This document shows, piece after piece, positions 38,315 through 46,846 of a stretch of 64,000 bases of DNA. Each line of letters starts with the position of its first letter. Within the stretch, counting starts at the first letter, position 1. The DNA lies in assembly GCA_963849605.1 (NCBI GenBank), contig CAWKHX010000002.1, positions 398,424 through 462,423 of the forward strand, given 5' to 3'. The notes under the pieces were generated by a model. It was not told where the DNA came from, did not search any database, and was given only the letters and a program-made list of their open reading frames with translations. This DNA is from an uncultured Thermoleophilaceae bacterium. GTDB taxonomy: Bacteria; Actinomycetota; Thermoleophilia; Solirubrobacterales; Thermoleophilaceae. Made by a program: the position numbers and the translations under genes.

Positions 38315-39022
38315 TCAAGCGTGCGCTGCTTGACCCGCCCGTGACGCTTCTTTAATGAGGTCGGCCACCGCTTCCGGCTGCGACTGATAGATCGCGTGGC
38401 TGCCCTCGGCCTCGACCACGGTTGAGCCCGCCCGCTCGGACATGGATCGCTGAGCCGGCGGCGGGATCATCCGGTCTTCCGTCGTGAGGAGGTACCAGCT
38501 TGGCTTGTTCCGCCACGCCGCCTCGCTGATCGTGCCGCTCAGGGCTCCAAGGCCCCACGGGACCTGCGAGTCCGCCATGAATTCCGCCTCGTCGGCATCC
38601 ACGTCTGCCGCGAACGAGTCGTGGAACTTCTCTCTGTCGAGGAACAGGAAGCCGTCCGCCGGGGGCAGAATGGGCGGCACGGGCGCGTCGGGTGGCGGGT
38701 CAGCGATCAGCGTTTGCACCGATTCACCCGTGTCCGGCACGAAGCCCGCGATGTAGACCAGCGTCTCCACATTGGGGTCGTTGCCAGCTTCCGTTATCAC
38801 CGCGCCGCCATACGAATGGCCGACGAGCGTGACCGGTCCGTCCAGCGCATTGATGGCGCGCCGGGTCACGGCGGCGTCATCTTCGAGCGAAACCGTCGGA
38901 TTCTGGACGACGCTTACGTTGTAGCCGTCGTCCTTCAGGAGGCGGTACACAGCCTCCCATCCGGATCCGTCCACGAAGCCTCCGTGAACGAGAACAACGT
39001 TCCTGGCTGGGCCTGTAGCCAT
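38315..39022 (-). CDS. alpha/beta hydrolase
   Basis: VVLVHGGF and nucleophile elbow GHSYGG. Confidence 0.85.
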   Translation of the reverse strand: MATGPARNVVLVHGGFVDGSGWEAVYRLLKDDGYNVSVVQNPTVSLEDDAAVTRRAINALDGPVTLVGHSYGGAVITEAGNDPNVETLVYIAGFVPDTGESVQTLIADPPPDAPVPPILPPADGFLFLDREKFHDSFAADVDADEAEFMADSQVPWGLGALSGTISEAAWRNKPSWYLLTTEDRMIPPPAQRSMSERAGSTVVEAEGSHAIYQSQPEAVADLIKEASRAGQAAHA

Positions 39023-39094
39023 GAGGAACTCCTTACTTCGGGGCCGTATCGCCGACCCTACGCCTCTTGCCCAGGCACGTGCAAGCGCGTCGCG

Positions 39095-39646
39095 CTACGT
39101 CAGCGACGTGGTGAAGAAGCGCTGCACCGCTTCGAGGGGCTGGGTGCTTTGTTTTGCTCGACTCAAGATAAGCGCGCCCTCGAGAGCTGCGAGAAGTACT
39201 GAGGCATCGTCCTCTGCGGTTGACTCCTGGACGCCGAACTTGACCAAGGCGGCACGTACCGTGTCACGCCACTGATCGAGGAGAGCGCGAGCCTCTTCCC
39301 GTAGCCGGTCATTTCCGCCGGCATCGATGACGGTCGCGGCGAGGGGGCATCCCATCGTGAAGTTGCTCTCGACGAGCACTTGGTGCCACGGAGCGAAAAT
39401 TGCGTCGATCGCTTCGGCCAGAGTGGCCGCGTCAGCGAGCCCTGACTCGGTGTCGGCCAGCACCTCGGCGCCGGCCAGGTTGAGGGCCTCGGTGATGAGC
39501 TGCGTCTTCCCGCCCGGGAAGTAGCGCTGGAGGGACCCGCGAGGGCCGTCGGCATGGGCAACGATCTGGCGAAGGCCGACGCCGTGGACACCGCGTTCGC
39601 GAACTAGCGCGGCCGCACTGCGCACGATGCGGTCACGGGCGTTCAT
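39095..39646 (-). CDS. TetR-family transcriptional regulator
   Basis: N-terminal HTH RDRIVRSAAALVRERGVHGVGLRQIVAHADGPRGSLQRYF. ATG 39646 chosen as start. Confidence 0.85.
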   Translation of the reverse strand: MNARDRIVRSAAALVRERGVHGVGLRQIVAHADGPRGSLQRYFPGGKTQLITEALNLAGAEVLADTESGLADAATLAEAIDAIFAPWHQVLVESNFTMGCPLAATVIDAGGNDRLREEARALLDQWRDTVRAALVKFGVQESTAEDDASVLLAALEGALILSRAKQSTQPLEAVQRFFTTSLT

Positions 39647-39664
39647 GAAGACAGCGTATCGGGG

Positions 39665-39722
39665 CGCGATGACAGTCGTCATCGGTGCTTGCTATCGTCG
39701 CGATGACAGTCGTCATCGGTGC
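39665..39722. promoter_or_regulatory. two identical 24-bp direct repeats, each containing the 16-bp palindrome GATGACAGTCGTCATC (candidate TetR operators)
   Basis: CGCGATGACAGTCGTCATCGGTGC occurs at 39665-39688 and 39699-39722, in the divergent TetR/hydrolase intergenic region. Confidence 0.7.
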
Positions 39723-39734
39723 AAAGGAGCGCAC

Positions 39735-40571
39735 ATGCATTCGCCCATCTCTCCACTCTTTCGAGTCTGCGACGGGGTGCGGATTCGGTTCGCTGACAAC
39801 GAGGCGGACTCGTCGGGAGTGACCGTGTTGATGTTGAGCCCATGGCCGGAGAGCCTCTGGGCGTTCCGAAGGATCTGGGACCGGGTGTCGGACGCCGCGC
39901 ACGTGGTCGCGATCGACCTGCCGGGCTTTGGCCACTCAGACGGTCGCCCGGAGCTGATCGCACCGGATGCGATGGGCAAGTTCCTTGCGCGCCTCATCGA
40001 GGAATGGGGCCTGGGAGCGCCGCACGTAGTCGGTCCGGACGTGGGCACCGCCGCCGCGTTGTTCTTGGCGGCCAATGCTCCTGACCGTGTCACGAGCTTG
40101 ACCATCGGTGGAGGCGCGGTGCGTACGCCCATCGATGCCGGCGGCGCGCTCAAGGATGTCATCGAGGCCCCGAGCCTCGACGCCGTCCGACAGCTCGATG
40201 CCCGAGCCAACATCGGGTTCGCCGTCGAGCCCGCGGCCGGTGCCGACAGCGAGCCCGACGTCCATGAGGACTACGTCAGCGCGTACGACCTCGGGCGCTT
40301 TGCCGAGTCCGCTCGCTTTGTCCGCCACTACCCCGAGCAGAACCCGGTGCTGCGCGATCTCTTGCCTTCGATCACCACGCCGGCGCAGATCGTCGCCGGA
40401 CGCGAGGACGACTTGGTGCCGTGGTCCAACAACGAGTACCTCGCCGACCTGCTGCCCAACAGCGAGATCCACCCACTCGATGCCGGCCACTTCGCGTGGG
40501 AGCAGGCGTCCGATGAGTACGGCCGTCTCATCGTCGATTGGGTCAGCGGTGGCTTCCGCGGACTCACCTGA
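39735..40571 (+). CDS. alpha/beta hydrolase (likely target of the divergent TetR)
   Basis: AAGGAG SD then ATG 39735. Contains DLPGFGHSD. The nucleophile-elbow position reads GPDVG (Asp in place of Ser). Confidence 0.8.
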   Translation: MHSPISPLFRVCDGVRIRFADNEADSSGVTVLMLSPWPESLWAFRRIWDRVSDAAHVVAIDLPGFGHSDGRPELIAPDAMGKFLARLIEEWGLGAPHVVGPDVGTAAALFLAANAPDRVTSLTIGGGAVRTPIDAGGALKDVIEAPSLDAVRQLDARANIGFAVEPAAGADSEPDVHEDYVSAYDLGRFAESARFVRHYPEQNPVLRDLLPSITTPAQIVAGREDDLVPWSNNEYLADLLPNSEIHPLDAGHFAWEQASDEYGRLIVDWVSGGFRGLT

Positions 40572-41484
40572 TCGGCGGCGGAACTCCGTCTGCCGTGGCC
40601 GCGAGATCAGGATCCCAACCGCACACCGCGCAGCCGTGGCGGAACGCGGCCCGCCCGAATTCCACCGCCGCGGCGTGCGGATCGGGGCTGTCCCGGATCT
40701 CGTCCCAGTCCAGCACGTACTCGCCGAGCTCTGCGTCCCAATGGCCCGCGGCGGGGCTTAGGTCGGCGTCCCCGAAGCCGTCGGGCGGTGGATAGGCGAA
40801 GGCGAAAAACGCGGCCCGCTCGTGGTTGGGATCCCCGGGCCACCAGCCGATCGCTATTTGCTCGGCATCCCCTCCGTTGCGCATGATGAAGTCGTCGGAG
40901 GGAGCATCGGCCGGCTGGCCCGAGAAGAAGTTGACCGCGAGGTCGAAGGTGCCCCACCAGGCGTTGACCGGCGTCGAGCGTCCGCGAAACGGCGCGCGGA
41001 GGTCCGCCAGGACGAGCGCCGCCTGTGTGGCCGCCGCGAAGTAGGTCGCGACCTGGTCGGGATCGTAGGTCGCGTGCTGGTGGTCCTGGTCCAGCGGCGC
41101 CGTCCACGGCACCTCCTGTGGCGTCGGGTTGATCTCGACGGCGCCGCCGAGTCGCCCGACGGCCTCGAGCACCTCGCGCGTCACTTCGGCGACCGGACGG
41201 TTGGGCGTCAGGGCAATCCGCGTCTCGCGGCCGTCCGAGTGCTCCACCAACGCCTCATGCGTGCGCAAGTCGAGCGCCGCGACAATCGCGCCGGAGCCGT
41301 CCGGGGTCGGCAGCGCCAGCGTCTCCCACCCGCGCGCGGTCAGCCGCAGGGCGGCGTGCTGGAGCTGCGGTTCGGGCGGGGCCAGCTGGACCGCAAGCTT
41401 TCCGAGTACCTGGGTGTGCGCGTGGAGCGTGTCACAGGTCTCGCTCCACGAGTCGTAGCTCAGCGCTGGCCAGCCAGTGGACAT
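40564..41484 (-). CDS. DUF5996-family protein
   Basis: WPALSYDSWSETCDTLHAHTQVLGKLAV.. matches my memory of the DUF5996 N-terminus. Confidence 0.6.
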   Translation of the reverse strand: MSTGWPALSYDSWSETCDTLHAHTQVLGKLAVQLAPPEPQLQHAALRLTARGWETLALPTPDGSGAIVAALDLRTHEALVEHSDGRETRIALTPNRPVAEVTREVLEAVGRLGGAVEINPTPQEVPWTAPLDQDHQHATYDPDQVATYFAAATQAALVLADLRAPFRGRSTPVNAWWGTFDLAVNFFSGQPADAPSDDFIMRNGGDAEQIAIGWWPGDPNHERAAFFAFAYPPPDGFGDADLSPAAGHWDAELGEYVLDWDEIRDSPDPHAAAVEFGRAAFRHGCAVCGWDPDLAATADGVPPPIR

Positions 41485-41538
41485 GCTCAAAACGCTACTC
41501 CCCCTATTCGTTCGCATCACGCCGGCTCGGTTGGCGGG

Positions 41539-42038
41539 CTATCGGGTGACCGTTCCGGTGAAGGTCTCCCGGCCCTCCCCGTGTCTCGACACGAATACCG
41601 TTTTCAGCTGGCCTCCACCGCTGAGTCCCTCAAAGCGACCGCTGCCTCTCACGACCTCCCAATCGCCGCCCAGTCTCGGCCAGATCCGGTCGGAGTGAAG
41701 CTGATCGTCAGGCTGCCACTCGGGCAGTGGAACAGCCTCACTATTTCCTGATCCGGGAGCTGCACGGGCGCGTCGCGGAATGTTCCTCCTCGACAAAAAG
41801 CTGAGTCGCCGATGGTCGACGCGGGAAGAACCTGGCCCGTCGTCGTCTCCTCGGGGCTTTTGAGGGGCTCCAGGTGCGTCTTGATCACGATTGGCTCACC
41901 GCCCGCTTCGGCGGTCGTCCCGGTCTCTTCTGCGCCGGTAGTCGTTCCGCCCTCGTCGTCGTCATCGTCCCCACAGGCTGCGAGACCCACTGGCGTTACA
42001 ACCAGAGCCAGTGCCAGCAACAGCTTTACTCCGCCCAA
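41539..42038 (-). pseudogene. lipoprotein, frame change near 41687-41699
   Basis: Lipobox LAAC after the signal peptide (ORF 41649..42038). The C-terminus ..DRIWPRLGGDWEVVRGSGRFEGLSGGG.. is in the frame of ORF 41539..41796. Confidence 0.65.
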
Positions 42039-42091
42039 CTCGAGCCGCCTAGGGGTTGCGTGGAGGCAAGCCTCTCAGACGCCGCGATAAG

Positions 42092-42135
42092 CAAGCGTGA
42101 AGGTGAGCGACGGGACTCGAACCCGCGACCGCCTG
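42092..42135 (-). repeat. 44-nt exact copy of the tRNA-His 3' half (att-like, copy 1)
   Basis: GGTGAGCGACGGGACTCGAACCCGCGACCGCCTGGACCACAACC is identical to 49501-49544 and 53614-53657. Confidence 0.9.
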
Positions 42136-42227
42136 GACCACAACCCGGGGGCCCCTAGGTCACCTGGACTCACCTACGGCTCTGTAGAGCCACATCAGTT
42201 CCCTCAGATGATCTCAGGTTCCCTCAT

Positions 42228-42251
42228 ATTGAGTCCACGATTGAGTCCACG
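42228..42251 (+). repeat. perfect tandem 12-mer ATTGAGTCCACG x2 (candidate arm-type recombinase/RDF site)
   Basis: Seen directly. Related pairs occur at 49221-49243 and 49626-49649. Confidence 0.6.
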
Positions 42252-42359
42252 GATTCTGAGCGACTCCAGCCACAGTCGAGTCTGTAACGTCGCGGGCCTC
42301 CCTCGAGACGAAGGCTCTCCCAGTGGTCTCCGACGCGACTCAGATATTCGCGCAGACCC

Positions 42360-43592
42360 TCATGTCCTCGGCCGCACGCACCGTGCACTCGAGGCCGTGC
42401 GCTTTTCGATCCAGTTCACGCCGGCGTGGTCGGTCAGGCCGTGAAGGACGATCGACAGGAAGACCGTCAGGGCCGCGAGGTTGAAGATGCGCTCGCCCTC
42501 CGCGATGCCCGCGCCCAGCACGAGTAGCGAGAACGTCATCGAGGCCACGCCCTTCGGTCCGAACCAGGCCATGAACCAGCGTTCGGGCGAGGTGGCGTCA
42601 CTGCCGGCGAGCGACAGGTGGACGGCCAGGGGCCGGGCGACAAAGAGCACGAAGAGGGCAATTCCAACTGCGGCCAGGCCGTCGTCGAAGAGGCCTTCGG
42701 CGGTGAGGAGTGAGCCGAAGACGACGAAGATGCCGAGCTTCACCACCTCGATCACGTCCTCGGCGCGGCGCTCGAACGCCTCGCGCAGGTCGGGGCGCAG
42801 GATCCCGAGCGTGATCGCACACACGAAGACCGCGATCAGCCCGTTGCCCTCGGGCGGAAGGACGGCTACGCCATAGGCGCTGAACGCGATGCCGAGGCTG
42901 TACATCGCCTTCTCGTGCTGGCTGATCTCCGTGCCGAGAGCGAGCCGCTGGGGCATGAGCTTGGACCCCACGAAGCCCACAAGCACTCCGGCGGCGAAGC
43001 CGACGGACAGGTCCTGGAGCACGAACTCCCACCAGGTGAAATCGCCCTCGTCCGGGTCGAGCGCGATCACGAGCGCCAGCACGGCCGGCAGCGCCAGGCC
43101 ATCGTTAAGACCCGACTCCAGGTTCAGCGAGTGGCGAATGCGCTTCGGCACCCGCGGGTTCGTGACGACCCCCGAGGAGAGCACCGGGTCGGTCGGGGAA
43201 AGCAGCGCGCCTATGAGGAAGGCTTCGGTCCAACTGAGGTCGGTGAGCCCCTTCGCGGCCAGTGCGACGAAGACGCATGTGAGCGGCATCGCGAATACGA
43301 GCTTGCGCAGGGGGAGATGCCAGTGGCGCTGGAGGAGCTCCGCCTCCACCTCGAGCCCGTCCCTGAACAGGATCAGGATCAGCGCGACGATCGCGAGCGA
43401 CTGCACGAAGCCCGAGCCGGCATCGAACTCGAGCACCTCCGCGCCACCCTCGCCGAGCGCGAAGCCCGCCACCACGAACAGCGCAGTCAGTGACAGAAAG
43501 CTCCGCTTGGCGAGCCCCGACAGGAGGGCGCCGACGACCAGCAGGCCACCGAGCACGGCCACCGCCACCTCGAAGGCATGAAAGTCGTGCAC
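42360..43592 (-). CDS. cation:proton antiporter (CPA1/NhaP-like)
   Basis: About 410 aa with about 12 TM helices and motifs LSPTDPV and ESGLNDG. GTG 43592 chosen as start. Confidence 0.8.
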   Translation of the reverse strand: MHDFHAFEVAVAVLGGLLVVGALLSGLAKRSFLSLTALFVVAGFALGEGGAEVLEFDAGSGFVQSLAIVALILILFRDGLEVEAELLQRHWHLPLRKLVFAMPLTCVFVALAAKGLTDLSWTEAFLIGALLSPTDPVLSSGVVTNPRVPKRIRHSLNLESGLNDGLALPAVLALVIALDPDEGDFTWWEFVLQDLSVGFAAGVLVGFVGSKLMPQRLALGTEISQHEKAMYSLGIAFSAYGVAVLPPEGNGLIAVFVCAITLGILRPDLREAFERRAEDVIEVVKLGIFVVFGSLLTAEGLFDDGLAAVGIALFVLFVARPLAVHLSLAGSDATSPERWFMAWFGPKGVASMTFSLLVLGAGIAEGERIFNLAALTVFLSIVLHGLTDHAGVNWIEKRTASSARCVRPRT

Positions 43593-43602
43593 GCCGCGTA
43601 TC

Positions 43603-44616
43603 TTGCCGCGAGTGGTCCACCTCCGGATAGTCGCCCCGGCCGACCTGGCACCGAAGGTGGTCGAGCTCCTCTGCGCCGAGGGCTCCGTCCTCAACGTGAT
43701 CACCCTCCCGGGCGCAGCGCAGAAGCCGGCGGGCGACGTGATCCTCTGCGACGTCACGCCCGAGGACGCCAGCGTGATCATCGGCGATCTCAAGGAGCTG
43801 GGGATCCCGGCGGTCGGGTCAATCGCGATCGAGAAGATCGACAGCGTGATCTCCGACGCGGCCAAGGCGGCCGAGCGTCACGCCCCCGGGTTGCCGGGCG
43901 ATGCGGTCGTCTGGGAGGAGGTCGAGGCGCGGACTTCGGAGAACGTCGAGCTCTCCTGGAACTTCGTCGTCTTCATGGTGCTCGCGGTGCTGATCGCGAT
44001 GGCCGGCATCTTTCTCGACTCGCCGATCCTGATCATCGGGGCGATGGTCGTTGGCCCGGAGTTCGGGCCGCTGGCCGGGCTCTGCGTGGCCCTCGTCCAG
44101 CGCCAGCCCGAGACGGCCATGAGGTCGTTCAAGGCGCTGGCGGTCGGCTTTCCGGTGGCCATCACCGCGGGCTTCCTGATGTCGGTGGCCATTAAGGAGC
44201 TGGGGCTGGCGCCGGACGGCTTCTCGCCGGACAACCGCGAGTTCACCGAGTTCATCACCCACCCCGACTTCTTCTCGTTTCTGGTGGCCTTCCTGGCCGG
44301 GGTGGCGGGAGTGCTGTCGCTGACCTCCGCCAAGTCGGGCGCGCTAATCGGGGTGCTGATCTCCGTGACCACGATTCCAGCCGCGGCCAACATTGGCGTT
44401 GCCGCGGCCTACGGGGACGCGAGCGAGTGGCGCGGAGCGATGGCCCAGCTGACCGTGAACCTCGTGATGATTGTGCTGGCGGGCGTCGGGACCCTCTTCA
44501 TCCAGCGCCGCTATTACCGCAAGCGGCGAATCAGGCACCTGAGCGACCCCGACCGCGAGAAAGCGGGCCTGCCCATCGGACACTCGCTCCGCTCAACCAG
44601 AAGGCAGCGTCCCTGA
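43603..44616 (+). CDS. DUF389-domain membrane protein
   Basis: Soluble N-terminal domain plus a TM block IIGAMVVGPEFGPLAG typical of DUF389. Confidence 0.7.
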   Translation: MPRVVHLRIVAPADLAPKVVELLCAEGSVLNVITLPGAAQKPAGDVILCDVTPEDASVIIGDLKELGIPAVGSIAIEKIDSVISDAAKAAERHAPGLPGDAVVWEEVEARTSENVELSWNFVVFMVLAVLIAMAGIFLDSPILIIGAMVVGPEFGPLAGLCVALVQRQPETAMRSFKALAVGFPVAITAGFLMSVAIKELGLAPDGFSPDNREFTEFITHPDFFSFLVAFLAGVAGVLSLTSAKSGALIGVLISVTTIPAAANIGVAAAYGDASEWRGAMAQLTVNLVMIVLAGVGTLFIQRRYYRKRRIRHLSDPDREKAGLPIGHSLRSTRRQRP

Positions 44617-44690
44617 TCGCCGCAAGAGCGGCCCCGGCGCGGACGGCGTCGTCGGGTGCCGAGCAGGGTGCGCGTTCTTACACTCATCTC

Positions 44691-46097
44691 ATGGCTCGCG
44701 CTGGTCTTCGCATGTATGGCGTTACGGCGATCGAGGTCGTATTCGCCACGGCCGTCGCATCGCTGGGCGTGGCGATTCTCGACGGTGTCGCTCCGGCGGT
44801 CGGGCTTGGGGTCTTGTACTTGCTCGCGGTCGCGTTCGTTGCGTTTCGTCGCGGAGAGGTGCCGGCACTGGCGACCGCGGTCCTGTCGGCGCTGGTGTTC
44901 AACTTCCTGTTCATCGACCCGCGCTACCGGCTGGCGATCTCGCAGTCGGATGATCTGGTGGCGCTCGTTGTGTTCCTCGTTGTCGCGGCGGTGGTAGGCC
45001 GGCTTGCGGCGACGGCGCGGGCGCGTGCCGGGGAGGCGCAGGCGAGGGCGCGGGAGGCGGAGCGCCATGAACGAGTTGCACAGTTGCTCGCCGAAGCGGC
45101 GTCGTCGCTCCTCGTGGGCGGTCCGGTGGAGCAGGAGCTGGCCGGCGAGGAGAGCCGGCTAGGTGCAGCGTTTGCGCAGGCAGGATTGCGCGTGTCGCTG
45201 TCGCCGGTCCCGGCACCTCACAGCGGCGAGGTGTCGACGAGCCTGAGGACCTCGACGCGGAGCGGCTGGTTGTATGGGGATTCCGCGCACGGCTGGGACA
45301 GGGACGCGCTCGGGCGCCTTTGCGAGCCGCTGCGGCGACTGTTCGACCTCGCTTTGGAGCGCGAGCGGGTAGCGGAGCTGTCGACGGAGGCGGAGGCGGC
45401 AACCCGCGCGGATGTGGCGAAGACCGCAGTGCTGCACGCGATCTCGCACGATCTGCGATCACCGTTGACCGCGATCACGACGGCGCTCGCCGGCCTGCGC
45501 GACTCGGAGCATGAGCGTGACCGCGACGAGCTCCTATCGGTGCTCGACGAGGAGACGCAGCGGCTTAACCGGATGGTCACGGACCTTCTCGATCTGTCAC
45601 GGATCGAGGCCGGCGCTCTCCATCCGCAAACCGACTGGTGCGACCTGCGTGACGTCGTGACGAGCGCTTTGGCCGACGCCCGTTCGGGGCGCGGGGGTCA
45701 TCCGGTCGAAGTTCGCCTGCCGGACGACCTTCCGCTAGTGCGGGCGGACGCGGCGCAGGTCGAGCGGGTGTTCGCGAACTTGATCGAGAACGCGTTCAAG
45801 TTCTCGGCGAGCGGGGCGTCCGTGGAGATCAGCGGCGGCACCGGCGGCTCGAAGGTGTTCGTGCGCGTCGCGAACCGCGGCCGACCGATCCCTCAGAGTC
45901 AGCGCCGCTATGTGTTCGAGCCGTTCTTCCGCGGCCGCGAGGGTGCGGTCGGCGCGGGGCTCGGGCTGGCGATCTGCCGCGGCTTCGTCGAGGCGAACGG
46001 CGGTCAGATCGCGTTGCAGTCCGCGCGCGAGGACGCGACAGCGTTCGCGGTGAGTTTTCCGTTGGCGGCGCAGCCGAGCATGTCCCATGAGCGCTGA
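44691..46097 (+). CDS. KdpD-like sensor histidine kinase lacking the N-terminal KdpD/Usp sensor domains
   Basis: DUF4118-like TM region (..FNFLFIDPRY..), H-box HAISHDLRSPL, HATPase boxes (NLIENAFKF, GAGLGLAIC). Confidence 0.8.
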   Translation: MARAGLRMYGVTAIEVVFATAVASLGVAILDGVAPAVGLGVLYLLAVAFVAFRRGEVPALATAVLSALVFNFLFIDPRYRLAISQSDDLVALVVFLVVAAVVGRLAATARARAGEAQARAREAERHERVAQLLAEAASSLLVGGPVEQELAGEESRLGAAFAQAGLRVSLSPVPAPHSGEVSTSLRTSTRSGWLYGDSAHGWDRDALGRLCEPLRRLFDLALERERVAELSTEAEAATRADVAKTAVLHAISHDLRSPLTAITTALAGLRDSEHERDRDELLSVLDEETQRLNRMVTDLLDLSRIEAGALHPQTDWCDLRDVVTSALADARSGRGGHPVEVRLPDDLPLVRADAAQVERVFANLIENAFKFSASGASVEISGGTGGSKVFVRVANRGRPIPQSQRRYVFEPFFRGREGAVGAGLGLAICRGFVEANGGQIALQSAREDATAFAVSFPLAAQPSMSHER

Positions 46098-46776
46098 CGG
46101 CCCGCGCGTTCTGGTCGTTGACGACGAGCCGCAAATCCTCCGTGGCCTGAAGGTCGTGCTCCGCCAGGCCGGGTTCGAGGTTGAGACGGCGGCGACCAAA
46201 AGCGAGGCGCTCGACCGCGTCGCCGTGCGCCCGCCGGAGATCCTGGTACTAGACCTGATCCTCCCGGACGGCAGCGGCGTCGACGTTTGCGAGGAGGTGC
46301 GCGGCTGGAGCCGGCTGCCGATCATCGTCTTGTCGGCGGTGGGCGACGAGCGCGAGAAGGTACGCGCGCTCGACGCGGGCGCGGACGACTACCTGACGAA
46401 GCCGTTCGGCACGGACGAGCTGCTGGCGCGACTGCGCGCGCTCATGCGCCGCTCCGGCGACGCCGGCCAGCCGGTGATTTCGCTTGGCGACCTGTCGATC
46501 GACGTGGCCGGCCACACCGTCATGCGCGGCGGCGAGCAGATCCACCTCACGCCGCTCGAGTTCGACCTCTTGCGCGTGCTCGCGCTCCACGCCGGCAAGC
46601 TGGTCACGCACCGACAGCTCTTGACCGAGGTGTGGGGGCCGGAGTACGTCGACGAGACGCACTACCTGCGGGTACATATCGCGCACATCCGGGCGAAGCT
46701 CCAGCCGGACGCGTCGAGCCCGCGCTACCTCGTGACCGATCCGGGCGTCGGCTACCGGCTGCGCGAGCCTGCTTGA
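46087..46776 (+). CDS. OmpR-family response regulator (KdpE-like)
   Basis: REC domain (VLVVDDEPQI.., LVLDLILPDGSG) plus winged helix (LTPLEFDLLRVLA.., GVGYRL). Overlaps the kinase gene by 11 nt. Confidence 0.9.
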   Translation: MSADGPRVLVVDDEPQILRGLKVVLRQAGFEVETAATKSEALDRVAVRPPEILVLDLILPDGSGVDVCEEVRGWSRLPIIVLSAVGDEREKVRALDAGADDYLTKPFGTDELLARLRALMRRSGDAGQPVISLGDLSIDVAGHTVMRGGEQIHLTPLEFDLLRVLALHAGKLVTHRQLLTEVWGPEYVDETHYLRVHIAHIRAKLQPDASSPRYLVTDPGVGYRLREPA

Positions 46777-46846
46777 CGAAATCTCTACGCGCGCGCCCGG
46801 AAACTTGACCCGGGCTTGACGGCGCGGCGGGTGTACTCCAGCGTGG

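Noticed and set aside
44617-46846. A c-di-AMP (ydaO/kimA-type) or other riboswitch upstream of the kdpD-like gene or kup
   Set aside because: The leaders are only about 70 nt long and show none of the long pseudo-symmetric helices expected for a riboswitch.
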